This document shows, piece by piece, positions 16,262-26,317 of a stretch of 64,000 nt of DNA. Location: NCBI GenBank assembly GCA_964544635.1, contig CAZJCK010000002.1, positions 29,388-93,387 on the forward strand, read 5' to 3'. Every line of letters starts with the position of its first letter. The first letter of the stretch is position 1. A program made the translations under genes and the position numbers. Under the pieces are notes generated by a model, which worked only from the letters and a program-made list of their open reading frames with translations, made no database searches and was not told the origin of the DNA. This stretch comes from an uncultured Ignavibacteriales bacterium. GTDB taxonomy: Bacteria; Zixibacteria; MSB-5A5; GN15; FEB-12.

Positions 16262-16405
16262 GACGGCTGAATGTACAATTACTGAACGAACTTGAACCGC
16301 TGCATAAACGCCATACGCCACCACTCCGATACAGCGTATATGGCGTCCGGAGTCTATCGTTCAGCCCTTCCGGACCAAACTTTGAGGTCGCAGGAATAAG
16401 AGAAT

Positions 16406-17818
16406 ATGAAACTTGGTCTTGGCTTAACTCAAAAGACATCGCTCTCACTTCACCTGGCGCCGCAGCTTATTCAATCGTTGAAGATGCTGCAGATGCCGGT
16501 GCTGAAGCTGGAGCAGACGATACGTCAGGAACTGGCCACCAATCCCCTGCTCGAAGAGATTGAAGATCTCGAAGCCGAACAGACCGAAGAGGTCGAGGCC
16601 GAACCGGAAATCGAGGATCCTGCCGATCCGACCGCTGAAGAACCGGTCGACTGGGAAGAATACCTGTACGACGATGAAGAGGGCTACAAGGTACGGGAGC
16701 AGCGGGAGTCGCCCGAAGACCGCTTCGAGTCGATGGGGGCATCAAGCAAAACGCTCTACGATCACCTCTCCGAACAACTGACCTTGTTGAAATTGTCCGA
16801 CGACGATCAGGCGATTGGTGAGTACATCATCGGCAATATCGCTCCCAACGGTTACCTGTCGATCAGCGTGCCGGAGATGGCGGCGGAACTCGACATCGAT
16901 GAAGAGAGAATTGCCGAAATCCTCGATATGATTCAGCGTTTCGATCCGCCCGGGGTGGGCGCCCGCGACTTAAGGGAGTCGCTGCAAATCCAGCTTAAAG
17001 ACCGGGGCGAAGAAGACTCACTGGCCTACCGTATTGTCAGCGAGTACATCAACGAACTCGACCGCAAGTCGATCCTCCAGGTCGCCAAGGCGATGAATGT
17101 CCCGGCCGAAAAGGCCCAGGCCGCCCTTGGTGTGATCAAGACACTCAATCCGACGCCGGCCCAGGGACGGTTCGATGCTGCCGCGATGACCGTCGTGCCG
17201 GACCTGATTGTTGAACGCTACGGTGACGAGTTTGTCGTCTTCCACAACGACCGCCATGTCCCCAAGCTGCGCATCAACTCCAGTTACCGAAGTTTGATGA
17301 AGAAGCGGGACGAAGGCTCAAAAGATACACGCAAATATGTGAAGGAAAAACTGGATCAGGCTCGCTGGCTGCTGAACTCCATCAACCAGCGCCGTTCAAC
17401 CATGATCCGGGTGATGGAGGCGATCATCGAACGGCAGCGGCCGTTCTTTGAAAACGGTCCGGCCTTTCTCAAGCCGCTTATCATGGAAGACATTGCCCAG
17501 GCGGTCGACATGAACGTGGCCACCATAAGCCGGGTATCCAACAGCAAATATGTTCAAACGCCGCTTGGCGTCTACGAAATCAAGTACTTCTTCAATTCCG
17601 GCATCCCCAGGCAGGGGGGCGGCGATATCTCCAAGCGCACCGTGAAGCAGCGGATCGAGGAGATTATCAACGCCGAGGACACCGAAAAGCCGCTCTCGGA
17701 CCAGGAGATCTACCGCCGCCTGAACGCCGAGGGGATCAAGATGGCCCGCCGGACAGTCACCAAATACCGCGAAGAACTGCGAATACCGTCGGCCCGCCTG
17801 CGCAAGCGGGTGAACTGA
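16406..17818 (+). CDS. rpoN: RNA polymerase sigma-54 factor RpoN
   Basis: N-terminal Q/L-rich region I, an acidic region II, and a C-terminal HTH with RpoN box (ARRTVTKYRE). Confidence 0.92.
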   Translation: MKLGLGLTQKTSLSLHLAPQLIQSLKMLQMPVLKLEQTIRQELATNPLLEEIEDLEAEQTEEVEAEPEIEDPADPTAEEPVDWEEYLYDDEEGYKVREQRESPEDRFESMGASSKTLYDHLSEQLTLLKLSDDDQAIGEYIIGNIAPNGYLSISVPEMAAELDIDEERIAEILDMIQRFDPPGVGARDLRESLQIQLKDRGEEDSLAYRIVSEYINELDRKSILQVAKAMNVPAEKAQAALGVIKTLNPTPAQGRFDAAAMTVVPDLIVERYGDEFVVFHNDRHVPKLRINSSYRSLMKKRDEGSKDTRKYVKEKLDQARWLLNSINQRRSTMIRVMEAIIERQRPFFENGPAFLKPLIMEDIAQAVDMNVATISRVSNSKYVQTPLGVYEIKYFFNSGIPRQGGGDISKRTVKQRIEEIINAEDTEKPLSDQEIYRRLNAEGIKMARRTVTKYREELRIPSARLRKRVN

Positions 17819-18010
17819 CGGCGATACCGCAATTCTTGATGCCGCCTAAGTTACTGTCACCTCTCCGACAGTTTGCGGTGACAAGGCAGACAAGTCCCAT
17901 CAGAGTTGTGTTGCCAAGCGTATAGTGTTTACGTACATTGAAGTGACAACAAAGATTGACTCGATGTGAGCAGAACCCTTCCGAATTTCTCGCCGTGAAA
18001 GGGGAAGATC

Positions 18011-18373
18011 ATGGTGCAAAAGACGATAACAGCCCGTCATTTTGATCTCACGCCGGAGATGCGTGAAAAGGCCGAACAGGAAATCGAGGGCCTGACGAGG
18101 TACTTCGAAAACATCATCTCGGCCGACCTGGTGCTCGATACGGAACGTCACCGCAAGGTCGCCGAACTCAAGGTGAAAGTGTACAACCAGGTGATGGCCG
18201 GCACGGGCGATACCGACGACATGTACAATTCGATCAATGTCGCGGTCGACAAAGTCAAGGGGCAGCTCAAGAAGTATAAAGGGAAGCTCAAGGACCGACG
18301 TCCGGACCAGATCAACGAACAGGTTTCGCAGGCGACGGCGCCGAGCACCGATGACGAGGGTGTGGATCTGTAA
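18011..18373 (+). CDS. hpf: Ribosome hibernation promoting factor (HPF/RaiA, sigma-54 modulation protein family), short form
   Basis: ITARHFDLTPEMREKAEQEIEGLTRYF...AELKVKV pattern, positioned after rpoN. Confidence 0.88.
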   Translation: MVQKTITARHFDLTPEMREKAEQEIEGLTRYFENIISADLVLDTERHRKVAELKVKVYNQVMAGTGDTDDMYNSINVAVDKVKGQLKKYKGKLKDRRPDQINEQVSQATAPSTDDEGVDL

Positions 18374-18400
18374 GTCTGTATTTCGGTCGAAAAGTCTTGA

Positions 18401-18428
18401 AGCCCGCCTTACTCAGGCGGGTTTTTTA
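18401..18428 (+). terminator. Rho-independent terminator after hpf
   Basis: AGCCCGCCT-tactc-AGGCGGGTT hairpin followed by a T run. Confidence 0.8.
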
Positions 18429-18600
18429 TTTCAGAAACTCTGCTACCGAATGCATACGCAGGCACCATCGTTTCAGCCGTCGACCGAGGTCGGCGCTTCG
18501 CTGTAAACGATTAGGCATCAATCGATTAGCGCGACGGCGGCGGCGCTTTTCCGATCCGGCACAGCGGTTGCAGTTACATCGCCCGGAGGAATGATGTAAC

Positions 18601-19068
18601 ATGCAACAGTTTCTAAGTGCCATATTCGCCGACGGTCATGCGGCCGGGTTCGTCGCTTCGTTCGCCGGCATTCTCTTCTTCGCGGCGATCGCCTATCGTG
18701 AAGTTCGCGACGGTTATATGCACGGTATGCTTTACTACTTCGTCGCGATCTTCTTTGCCGCCGCCCACTTTGCCATGATCCTGATCGCCAAAACGCCGTT
18801 TGCATCCTCGGCCTTCCAGCCGCCGAGCGACCTGTTTGGCTGGCTCAACATCGCTGTCGGACCGGCTCTGATCGCCCTGTTCATCGGGCTGGGATCGTTT
18901 CGCATGGCGATTGCCCAGTATCGCTATGGTCTGCTTCGTCTGTTCTTTGGTCTGACCCTGCTGTGCTACCTGTACATGATCGGTCCGGACTGGCCGCTCG
19001 ATATCAAGGCGTTCATCTGCGTTGCCTATGTCATCGCCTGGTTCGAAGTCGAGACCGCGGCGGCATAG
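18601..19068 (+). CDS. Integral membrane protein, unknown function
   Basis: 155 aa with 4-5 hydrophobic helices. ATG start. Confidence 0.55.
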   Translation: MQQFLSAIFADGHAAGFVASFAGILFFAAIAYREVRDGYMHGMLYYFVAIFFAAAHFAMILIAKTPFASSAFQPPSDLFGWLNIAVGPALIALFIGLGSFRMAIAQYRYGLLRLFFGLTLLCYLYMIGPDWPLDIKAFICVAYVIAWFEVETAAA

Positions 19069-19069
19069 C

Positions 19070-19996
19070 TCAGACCAGAAAGAGGATTGCCACCCCGCCG
19101 ACTGTCACGATGGTGCCGAGGATGGCACGCATCGACAGTTTTTCTTTGTCCATCATCAAGACTAACGGCAGTATCATCACCGGCGTGGTGCCGTTGAGCG
19201 TTGCCGCCACCCCGGCGGAGATGAGCGAGACCGCCACCAGCGACATCCAGACACCGAGGAACGGTCCGGCGACGGCGCCGCCGAACGAGTAGCCCATGGC
19301 GCGGCGGTTCTTCATAGCCAAGAGCGCCGGCAGCGCCTGGCCGTGCATCGCCGCCAATGCCCAGATTACAAGCGTGGCCGCAATCATACGGACATAGCTG
19401 GCGTGCATCGGTTCGATGGTGGCGCCAAGGTCAAGCATGGCATGCTTCGCCAGCACCAAACCGACCGCCTGTCCGGTCGCCGCCCCCAGACCGTACATGA
19501 CACCCTTGAGCAGCGAGCCGGCATCGGGATGCCCGGTCGGCAGGCTGGTGACCGCCGACGGAAAGCGGCGCTCCGCAACCACCCAGCTGACTCCGCTGAG
19601 AGTGACGACAATGCCGATCAGCTCCAGCCAGCCCAACGCTTCGTCAAGAAAGAACCAGGCGAAGATGGTGGCGATAATTGGGGCGGTGGCGTACATCAGG
19701 GTAGTCAGGCGAGGCCCGATCATTACCAGCGCCTTGAAACCGCAACCGTCCCCGAAGACCAGCCCGATAATCCCCGAAACCGCCAGCCAGGCGACATGCT
19801 CCCAGGTCATGACCGGTGAAGTCAGCGAGCCGAGATACAGCGGCAGCACAAGCGTGTAGATCGCCACCGCCATGATAAGACGGATCTTGTTGACTCGATA
19901 AGAACCGATCTCCCGGCCGGCACGGGCAAAGAAGATTGACGTGAAGGCCCACATGACGGCGGTACCCAGACCGGTTATTTCTCCGAGATACGGCAT
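19070..19996 (-). CDS. DMT superfamily (EamA-like) transporter
   Basis: About ten hydrophobic helices in two EamA-like halves. I chose the ATG at 19996 (MPYLGEITG...); the track start at 20026 is a TTG. Confidence 0.75.
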   Translation of the reverse strand: MPYLGEITGLGTAVMWAFTSIFFARAGREIGSYRVNKIRLIMAVAIYTLVLPLYLGSLTSPVMTWEHVAWLAVSGIIGLVFGDGCGFKALVMIGPRLTTLMYATAPIIATIFAWFFLDEALGWLELIGIVVTLSGVSWVVAERRFPSAVTSLPTGHPDAGSLLKGVMYGLGAATGQAVGLVLAKHAMLDLGATIEPMHASYVRMIAATLVIWALAAMHGQALPALLAMKNRRAMGYSFGGAVAGPFLGVWMSLVAVSLISAGVAATLNGTTPVMILPLVLMMDKEKLSMRAILGTIVTVGGVAILFLV

Positions 19997-20197
19997 TGGG
20001 CGAATATAGGGGGTGGGGCTGGTCAATCAAAGCGCCGCAGCGACCGTTCACATACTGAATACGAATGCACACGACAGCATAACTCTGCATCCTGCGCAAA
20101 CTGCTTCTTGTCGTGTAGCCTGCTGCAAGACAACATCTTAAGCCGACCCGAAGGTTTTGCGACGGTCGGCATACCATTTGAGCTATCAGCAGGCAGT

Positions 20198-22462
20198 ATG
20201 AGGTTACTATCTGTAAGCAGCTTTGTCCTTCTGATACTGCTGGTGTCGCTGCCGGTGCCGGCCGCGACCATTACCGGCACGGTCACCGAAACCGGCGGTG
20301 AACCGATCGTCGGCGCCAGTGTGGTTATCATGTCGTCGGGGAAGATGGTTGGGGGGACGGTCACCGCCGGCGACGGATCATTTCGCGTGAAAGTCGCCGC
20401 GTCGGTACAACTGCGCGTCAGCGCCCTTGGCTTTGCCACTGACACCGTGACCCTGACACCGAGCACGCCATCCCCCCTGATCATCCGACTGACCGGGAAG
20501 AGCATTGATGTCGGTCGCATCGATGTTCGTCCGCAGGAAGACATTGCCATACTGATGACGGGTATCGACAAGACAACACTCGACCAGCGCGCCCGCACCG
20601 GCCTGGTACCGACCAATCCGGTGGCGGCAATCAAGGGTCCGCGGACGGTGCGCCAGGGATCGCAGCATTCATCAAAGATCCGCGTAAACGGCACCAACCC
20701 GGAGTACCGTCTCAACCGCCTGTCGATCGGGCATGATCCGACTCACTATGGCGTGTTTTCCCTGCTGACCAGTTCAGTGATCGATCGCGCGCAGCTGCAT
20801 GGTCTTGGCGGCGATGCCTCGCAGTCCTCGCCGGCCGAATTACACCTGCGCACCATTCGGCCGTTCAGTCGTAACCATTTTGGCGAGGTGAGCATGTCGC
20901 TGACCGACCTGTCCGGCATGACCGCAGTGGCCGGCAAAAATTATTATGTCCTCGGCAGCATGCGCAAGTCGGTATTGGATAAACTGGTGCGCTACCTCGA
21001 CCTGAGCGCCGATCGAATTACGCTGCCGCCAACCAATTTCCAGGATATCTTTGTCTCGGCCGGCTACCGCTTGTCGCCGACCAGTCGGATCATGATTGAT
21101 CACTACGACAGCCGCGATCATTTGAGCTACAGCTATCAATCGAGCGACGCACGTCGCGACGACCGTGCCGCCGGCCAGTCAACCGTGAGAAAGTTCTGGG
21201 GGGTAACATTCGAACAGGTACTGCCCGATATGCTCCTGCGCGGCTCGCTGTCGCGGCGGACCTCCAGCGAAGAGTACCGTGTGGCGGCATCGGACGGTTC
21301 CAAGGATGGCCTCCATGTCGACCTGTCGATGACCGATGCAATCTGGGAAGCATCGATTGATGCTACCCGTTACAATGGTCGGTCGACGGTCGAAACCGGC
21401 TTAGAGATTGAAAAGACCGGACATAGCGCTCTTCGCCTCGAACACCAGTACTGGAACCTGCAGCCGCCCGATGCGGTGTCGGACAACCCATATCTCTATC
21501 AGAAAGAGCTTAACCGGCACCACGATCGGATTGACGGTACGAGAGAGCCGGTGCACGCCGCCGGCTACATCAGTTTCGATCATTCGTGGCGACGTTTCAG
21601 CCTGACATCGGGGCTTCGACTTGAACACTTCAACGATCTTGCCTCCGGCGCACAGTATCTCGTCAGGCAACAGGTCGAGGTGGAACCGATAGACGGTCAT
21701 ACGCTGAGGGCGCAATTCGGCACCTATGCCGAGCATCCGTTCACAACCATCCTCGAACCGAACCAGGTGATGGTGCACCGCTGGTCGAAGCAACTGCAAC
21801 CGGTACGGACGACGGCTCTGTCGCTGGGCTGGAGCCATCGCTGGGTAACCGCGACAGTTTCGGCCAAGAAGATCGAACAGCTGCCGACGCTGGTACCGGA
21901 TTTTGTACGCGGCCCCTTCGACCGGCAGTTTATCACGGTGCAGTCGGACGAGTCGGCGAGCTTCTACGGCTTCGATGTCGCCGTCGATCGCAAAGCGGTG
22001 CTTCCCGATCTCGATTTGTACGCCTTCTATGGCTACACCTACGGGCACGCGACCATCCCCGATGCAACCGGCGGCTATCTGTCGGTACCGCACGATTTGA
22101 CCTCACCGCACCGTATGCTGATCGAGACGACCTGGCACCCGGGCGAGCTGATCTCGGCCGGCGCCGAACTGGCGGTACGGTCGGGGTACGCCTACACGCC
22201 ACACTACACGCCGGAAGATTTCCGCAACACCAACCGCTACACGCCGGAATATTACCGCGACAAAATGACATCCGAGCACCGCAATCGCTTTCCGACGGCG
22301 ATGAGCCTGAACCTGCATCTCTCTTTTAACCTGGGCCGGGCCGACGCCTTCCTGAACCTGGCAAACGTGACCAATCACGCCAACCCGATCATCAACACGA
22401 TCGACGGTTACGTGTACGATGCCGGTATCCTCCCGACAATCGGTCTCAACTATCGCTTCTGA
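20198..22462 (+). CDS. TonB-dependent-receptor-type outer membrane protein with N-terminal carboxypeptidase-regulatory domain
   Basis: Signal peptide MRLLSVSSFVLLILLVSLPVPAAT from the ATG at 20198. CarbopepD_reg is indicated by ITGTVTETGGEPIVGASVVI...TAGDGSFRV. The protein is long and beta-rich and ends in ...IGLNYRF (aromatic C-terminus). Confidence 0.7.
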   Translation: MRLLSVSSFVLLILLVSLPVPAATITGTVTETGGEPIVGASVVIMSSGKMVGGTVTAGDGSFRVKVAASVQLRVSALGFATDTVTLTPSTPSPLIIRLTGKSIDVGRIDVRPQEDIAILMTGIDKTTLDQRARTGLVPTNPVAAIKGPRTVRQGSQHSSKIRVNGTNPEYRLNRLSIGHDPTHYGVFSLLTSSVIDRAQLHGLGGDASQSSPAELHLRTIRPFSRNHFGEVSMSLTDLSGMTAVAGKNYYVLGSMRKSVLDKLVRYLDLSADRITLPPTNFQDIFVSAGYRLSPTSRIMIDHYDSRDHLSYSYQSSDARRDDRAAGQSTVRKFWGVTFEQVLPDMLLRGSLSRRTSSEEYRVAASDGSKDGLHVDLSMTDAIWEASIDATRYNGRSTVETGLEIEKTGHSALRLEHQYWNLQPPDAVSDNPYLYQKELNRHHDRIDGTREPVHAAGYISFDHSWRRFSLTSGLRLEHFNDLASGAQYLVRQQVEVEPIDGHTLRAQFGTYAEHPFTTILEPNQVMVHRWSKQLQPVRTTALSLGWSHRWVTATVSAKKIEQLPTLVPDFVRGPFDRQFITVQSDESASFYGFDVAVDRKAVLPDLDLYAFYGYTYGHATIPDATGGYLSVPHDLTSPHRMLIETTWHPGELISAGAELAVRSGYAYTPHYTPEDFRNTNRYTPEYYRDKMTSEHRNRFPTAMSLNLHLSFNLGRADAFLNLANVTNHANPIINTIDGYVYDAGILPTIGLNYRF

Positions 22463-22487
22463 TCTCGTTCACTTCACTTGACATCGA

Positions 22488-23084
22488 TTGGCGGCTCCGC
22501 CATTCATACCATATGAACGCCTGCTCTTCATCGGATACCGGCTGATGCCGTCCGGCTCCAGAGGCACGTCATACGAACTGCCGACGCCCGGAAACGGTGT
22601 CAGCGGGCTGCAACTCTTCCGCTTTCTCGGCAGCCTGTTACCGGTATGGTATCGCCTGCTGTTGCTGCTGTCCGGTCTGCTCATACTGGTGCCGTTTGCG
22701 TTTTTTGACGAAGCGCAGTGGACGGTCGGGGTGTTTCTGGGCTTTTCCGCCCCGCTCGTATTCGCCGTGATTATCTCGCCGATTCTCAGGGTTCGCTATG
22801 GCGCCGATGTCGTCCGTCGACTCACCGTCACCAGCGACGAACTCCTCATTGAAACTCTCGCCGAAGATCACCGTCTCGCTCTGGAGAGGATTTCACGGAT
22901 CGAAGTAGCAACGTCGATCGCCGACACTGTCCGTCGCTGGCGCATTGAAGGCGCCGGCAGCGTACTGGCACTGCGGATATGGGTGCCGGCGTCGGCAGCG
23001 TCGGTTAAGCATGAGTATGCGGTGCTGACAGCCGAACTCTCCAAACGTCTTGCCGACCGTTTCCACCAAAAAGAAACGGCGTAG
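22488..23084 (+). CDS. Hypothetical membrane protein (two TM helices plus a soluble C-terminal domain)
   Basis: The ORF starts with TTG at 22488; the first ATG is at 22545. Hydrophobic segments are LLPVWYRLLLLLSGLLILVPFAF and VGVFLGFSAPLVFAVIISPI. Confidence 0.45.
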   Translation: MAAPPFIPYERLLFIGYRLMPSGSRGTSYELPTPGNGVSGLQLFRFLGSLLPVWYRLLLLLSGLLILVPFAFFDEAQWTVGVFLGFSAPLVFAVIISPILRVRYGADVVRRLTVTSDELLIETLAEDHRLALERISRIEVATSIADTVRRWRIEGAGSVLALRIWVPASAASVKHEYAVLTAELSKRLADRFHQKETA

Positions 23085-23104
23085 CAGGCGGGACCTGCTA
23101 CGCC
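23078..23104 (-). terminator. Hairpin terminator for gyrA (minus strand), overlapping the 3' end of the convergent CDS
   Basis: GGCGTAGCAGG-5 nt-CCTGCTACGCC forms an 11-bp stem. On the minus strand it is followed by GTTTCTTTTT. Confidence 0.6.
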
Positions 23105-23128
23105 GCAATTATTGTCTACGATGCGGCG

Positions 23129-25561
23129 CTACGCTTCGTCTTCGTTGACGACACGGGCGACATCGGTCACCTTGTCGTCCTTGCGCAGGTTGATCAGCCG
23201 CACGCCCTGCGTATTGCGGCCGATCGACTTGATATCCTTGACCGCCTGGCGGTTGGCAATACCCTTCTTGGTGATGATGATCAGTTCGTCCTGATCCAGC
23301 ACCTCCAGAAGCGCCACCACCTCGCCGTTGCGGGTCGACGCCTTGATATTGATGATACCCTTGCCGCCTCGGTTGGTGACTCGGTAATCCTCGATATCGG
23401 TACGCTTGCCGTAACCGTTTTCGGTAATGGTCAGGAGCGTGGCGTCGCGCTTGAAGGTGACCATGCTCACGACATAGTCCTCTTTGGCCAGGTTGATACC
23501 CTTGACGCCGTAGGCGGTACGACCCATCGGCCGGACCTTCTCCTCGTTGAAGCGAATCGCCATCCCCTTGCGGGTGCCGAGGACGATATCGTAGGTACCG
23601 TCGGTGATCTCCGCTTCGATCAGTTCGTCACCGTCGGGGATGTTCATGGCGTTGACACCGGCCTTACGCGGGTTGCTGAAAGCGTCGAGCGACGTTTTCT
23701 TGATCATACCCTGGCGGCTGGCCATGACAACGAATTCATCTTCGACAAACTCGCGAACACGAATGAAGCCGGCCAGGCGTTCGTCTTTGTCGATGCCACA
23801 GAGGTTGACGATCGGTTTGCCCTTGGCCAGACGTCCGCCGGTCGGAATCTCGTGCACCTTCACCCAGTAACAGCGTCCGGTATTGGTGAAGAACATGATG
23901 TAGTCGTGGGTTGAGGCGATGAAGAGGTGTTCGGCGAAATCGTCTTCCTTGGTCTCGATTCCCTTCACTCCCATGCCACCGCGCTGCTGCCGCCGGTAAG
24001 CCGATACCGAGAGGCGCTTCACATAGCCGAGGTGCGATATGGTGATGACCATTTCCTCTTCGGCGATCAGGTCTTCGAGCGAAAGTTCTTCGGCCGAATC
24101 CTGGATCACGGTGCGGCGTTCATCGCCATACTTCTTGACCAGCTCGTTGGTTTCATCTTTGATTATCTGCATTCGGAGTTGCTTGCTGCCGAGGATCGAT
24201 TTGAACCGTTCGATCTGCTGGAGCAGATCGCGATACTCAGCCTCGATTTTCTCGCGTTCCAGGCCGGTCAGGCGCTGCAGGCGCATCTCGAGGATGGCGG
24301 TCGCCTGGCGCTCCGAAAGCTTGAATCGCTTCATCAAGTTTTCCCGGGCGGTCGGCGTGTCCTTCGACTTCTTGATCGTCTCGATGACGGCATCGATATT
24401 ATCCAGCGCAATCTTGTATCCTTCAAGAATGTGAGCACGCTCTTCGGCCTTGCGCAGATCGTATTCGGTACGCTTGACGATGACGTGATGGCGATGATCG
24501 ATGAACGCCTGGATCATCTCTTTCAGCGACATCGGCTTCGGAATACCATGATCAAGACCAAGCATGATCACCGAGAATGTCACCTGCAGGGTAGTGTGCT
24601 TGTAGAGCTGGTTGAGGATAACCTCATTCGGGGCGTCGCGCTTCAGTTCGATCACAATGCGCATACCGTCCCGATCCGATTCGTCGCGCAGATCGGTGAT
24701 GCCCTCAATCTTCTTGTCGCGCACCAGGTCGGCAATCTTTTCGAGCAGGTTCGATTTGTTTACCTGGTAGGGAATTTCGGTAACGACCAGGGCTTCCTTG
24801 CCACTCTTCATTACCTCGTTCACCACCTTGGCGCGCACGAGGATGCTGCCGCGGCCGGTTTCGAACGCCTGGCGGATGCCGTCACGACCGTTGATGATAC
24901 CGCCGGTCGGGAAGTCGGGGCCGGGAACGATTTCAATGAGGTCGGCGTTGGACAACTCCGGATCGTCGATGACCGCGGTGACAGCCTTGCCGATCTCAGT
25001 CAGGTTGTGCGGCGGAATGCTGGTTGCCATACCGACGGCGATACCGGTCGTACCGTTGCACAACAGGTTGGGGAACTTGCCGGGCAGGACAGTCGGTTCG
25101 CGCAGGGTACCGTCGTAGTTCGGCATGAACCGGACGGTTTCCTTTTCGAGATCGGCCAGCATCTCCATCGCCAGCGGCGTAAGGCGGGCTTCAGTATAAC
25201 GCATCGCCGCGGCGCCATCACCGTCGACCGAACCAAAGTTACCCTGGCCGTCAACCAGCGGGTAGCGCATGTTGAATTCCTGGGCCATACGCACGAGGGT
25301 GGGGTAAACCACCTGCTCGCCGTGGGGATGATAATTACCGGACGTATCACCGCAGATCTTGGCGCACTTGCGGTGCGCCCGACCAGGGCTGAGATTGAGG
25401 TCGTTCATCGCCACCAGGATGCGCCGGTTGGACGGCTTCAAACCGTCTCGGAAATCCGGCAGCGCCCGGTTGGTGATGACCGACATGGAGTAATCGAGGT
25501 ATGAGGCTTTCATCTCCTCTTCGAGGAAAATCGGCTCAATGCGTTGTCGCTCAATGGCCAT
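23129..25561 (-). CDS. gyrA: DNA gyrase subunit A
   Basis: YLDYSMSVITNRALPDFRDGLKPSNRRIL...GNYHPHGEQVVYPTLVRMAQEF...AAMRYTEARL. The C-terminal region is consistent with a beta-pinwheel domain. 810 aa. Confidence 0.95.
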   Translation of the reverse strand: MAIERQRIEPIFLEEEMKASYLDYSMSVITNRALPDFRDGLKPSNRRILVAMNDLNLSPGRAHRKCAKICGDTSGNYHPHGEQVVYPTLVRMAQEFNMRYPLVDGQGNFGSVDGDGAAAMRYTEARLTPLAMEMLADLEKETVRFMPNYDGTLREPTVLPGKFPNLLCNGTTGIAVGMATSIPPHNLTEIGKAVTAVIDDPELSNADLIEIVPGPDFPTGGIINGRDGIRQAFETGRGSILVRAKVVNEVMKSGKEALVVTEIPYQVNKSNLLEKIADLVRDKKIEGITDLRDESDRDGMRIVIELKRDAPNEVILNQLYKHTTLQVTFSVIMLGLDHGIPKPMSLKEMIQAFIDHRHHVIVKRTEYDLRKAEERAHILEGYKIALDNIDAVIETIKKSKDTPTARENLMKRFKLSERQATAILEMRLQRLTGLEREKIEAEYRDLLQQIERFKSILGSKQLRMQIIKDETNELVKKYGDERRTVIQDSAEELSLEDLIAEEEMVITISHLGYVKRLSVSAYRRQQRGGMGVKGIETKEDDFAEHLFIASTHDYIMFFTNTGRCYWVKVHEIPTGGRLAKGKPIVNLCGIDKDERLAGFIRVREFVEDEFVVMASRQGMIKKTSLDAFSNPRKAGVNAMNIPDGDELIEAEITDGTYDIVLGTRKGMAIRFNEEKVRPMGRTAYGVKGINLAKEDYVVSMVTFKRDATLLTITENGYGKRTDIEDYRVTNRGGKGIINIKASTRNGEVVALLEVLDQDELIIITKKGIANRQAVKDIKSIGRNTQGVRLINLRKDDKVTDVARVVNEDEA

Positions 25562-25757
25562 ATCTGAATTCTGCTCCCTATCTCCTGGGGGTCCTGAAAT
25601 CTCGCTGTTTACAAGCCTTTATACCCTCTTATAGTACCATGTGTGCAGTACGATAGCAAACAAAAAAACAGCCGAAATGGGCCTATATTCTGTTACCGGA
25701 CAACAGCTTACAGAGCCGTTGCGGCGATAATGACCAGACCGGCCGAAAGTCTTTTTG

Positions 25758-25785
25758 TTGCCGGACATATTTCGAATTGTATAAT
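25758..25785 (+). promoter_or_regulatory. Candidate promoter (TTGCCG-16 nt-TATAAT) overlapping the first ATG of the downstream secreted-protein gene
   Basis: TATAAT at 25780-25785 and TTGCCG at 25758-25763. In-frame ATGs lie at 25784 and 25793. Confidence 0.3.
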
Positions 25786-26317
25786 GGGCACCATGCTGAA
25801 CCGACCTCTCGCAATCATTCTGACCGCCGTGCTGCTCATTGCCGGCCTCGCCTCGACCACTGCGGCAGACGACCCGTTTACGCTCGATAATTTGCTGGGT
25901 AGCTGGGATGCTGTCGGTTGGGTGATCTTTCCGATGGTCGGCGCCAAAATGGACATCGACGGCAATCTGTCGGTCGCTCATGATTCGACCGGCCGAAACT
26001 ATGTCACGGTGCTGAGTGCCGAGAAGTTCATGGTGTCGTATTCCGCGAACGGTCTGGTGGTCCCCGACACCGACTCCGATTCCCTGACCTGGACAGTCCG
26101 CGACAGTTTCAAGCGGACGGTGCAGTATCGCGGGTTGGTGACGGATGCCGGGATCTCCGGCAGTATGGAGTATGGGAAACGGACCTACAGCTTCAGTCTG
26201 GCCGAAACGTCGATCGACACCATGCACGTCGTTCTTCACCGGCGGCACACCGAAACGGCGGAAACGGAACAGATCGGTGAGCTCGTCCTGACACCATCAG
26301 TTGCCGGCGCCAAGTGA
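25784..26317 (+). CDS. Secreted protein of unknown function
   Basis: Signal peptide M(GTM)LNRPLAIILTAVLLIAGLASTTAADD. The opposite-strand ORF 25619-26248 has an implausible composition. The start could instead be 25793. Confidence 0.55.
   Translation: MGTMLNRPLAIILTAVLLIAGLASTTAADDPFTLDNLLGSWDAVGWVIFPMVGAKMDIDGNLSVAHDSTGRNYVTVLSAEKFMVSYSANGLVVPDTDSDSLTWTVRDSFKRTVQYRGLVTDAGISGSMEYGKRTYSFSLAETSIDTMHVVLHRRHTETAETEQIGELVLTPSVAGAK

Noticed and set aside
20133-20170. Hairpin GCCGACC...GGTCGGC upstream of the TonB-dependent-type receptor start, considered as a possible riboswitch or attenuator
   Set aside because: It is only a 7-bp stem with a 15-nt loop. I saw none of the conserved cores of the cobalamin, TPP or other riboswitches that often precede such receptors.
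20023-20715. 230-aa minus-strand ORF overlapping the start of the TonB-dependent-type receptor gene
   Set aside because: It is antisense to a gene with a clear signal peptide and CarbopepD_reg domain. It has Ser/Thr/Pro/Arg-rich shadow-frame composition.
23927-25504. 525-aa ORF on the plus strand
   Set aside because: It is entirely antisense to gyrA, whose identity is unambiguous. The composition is rich in Arg, Gly, Leu, Asp and His, as expected for the reverse frame of a GC-rich gene. There is no start context.
25619-26248. 209-aa minus-strand ORF opposite the secreted-protein gene
   Set aside because: The plus-strand frame has a canonical signal peptide and balanced composition. The minus frame is rich in His, Arg and Gly and has no start context.
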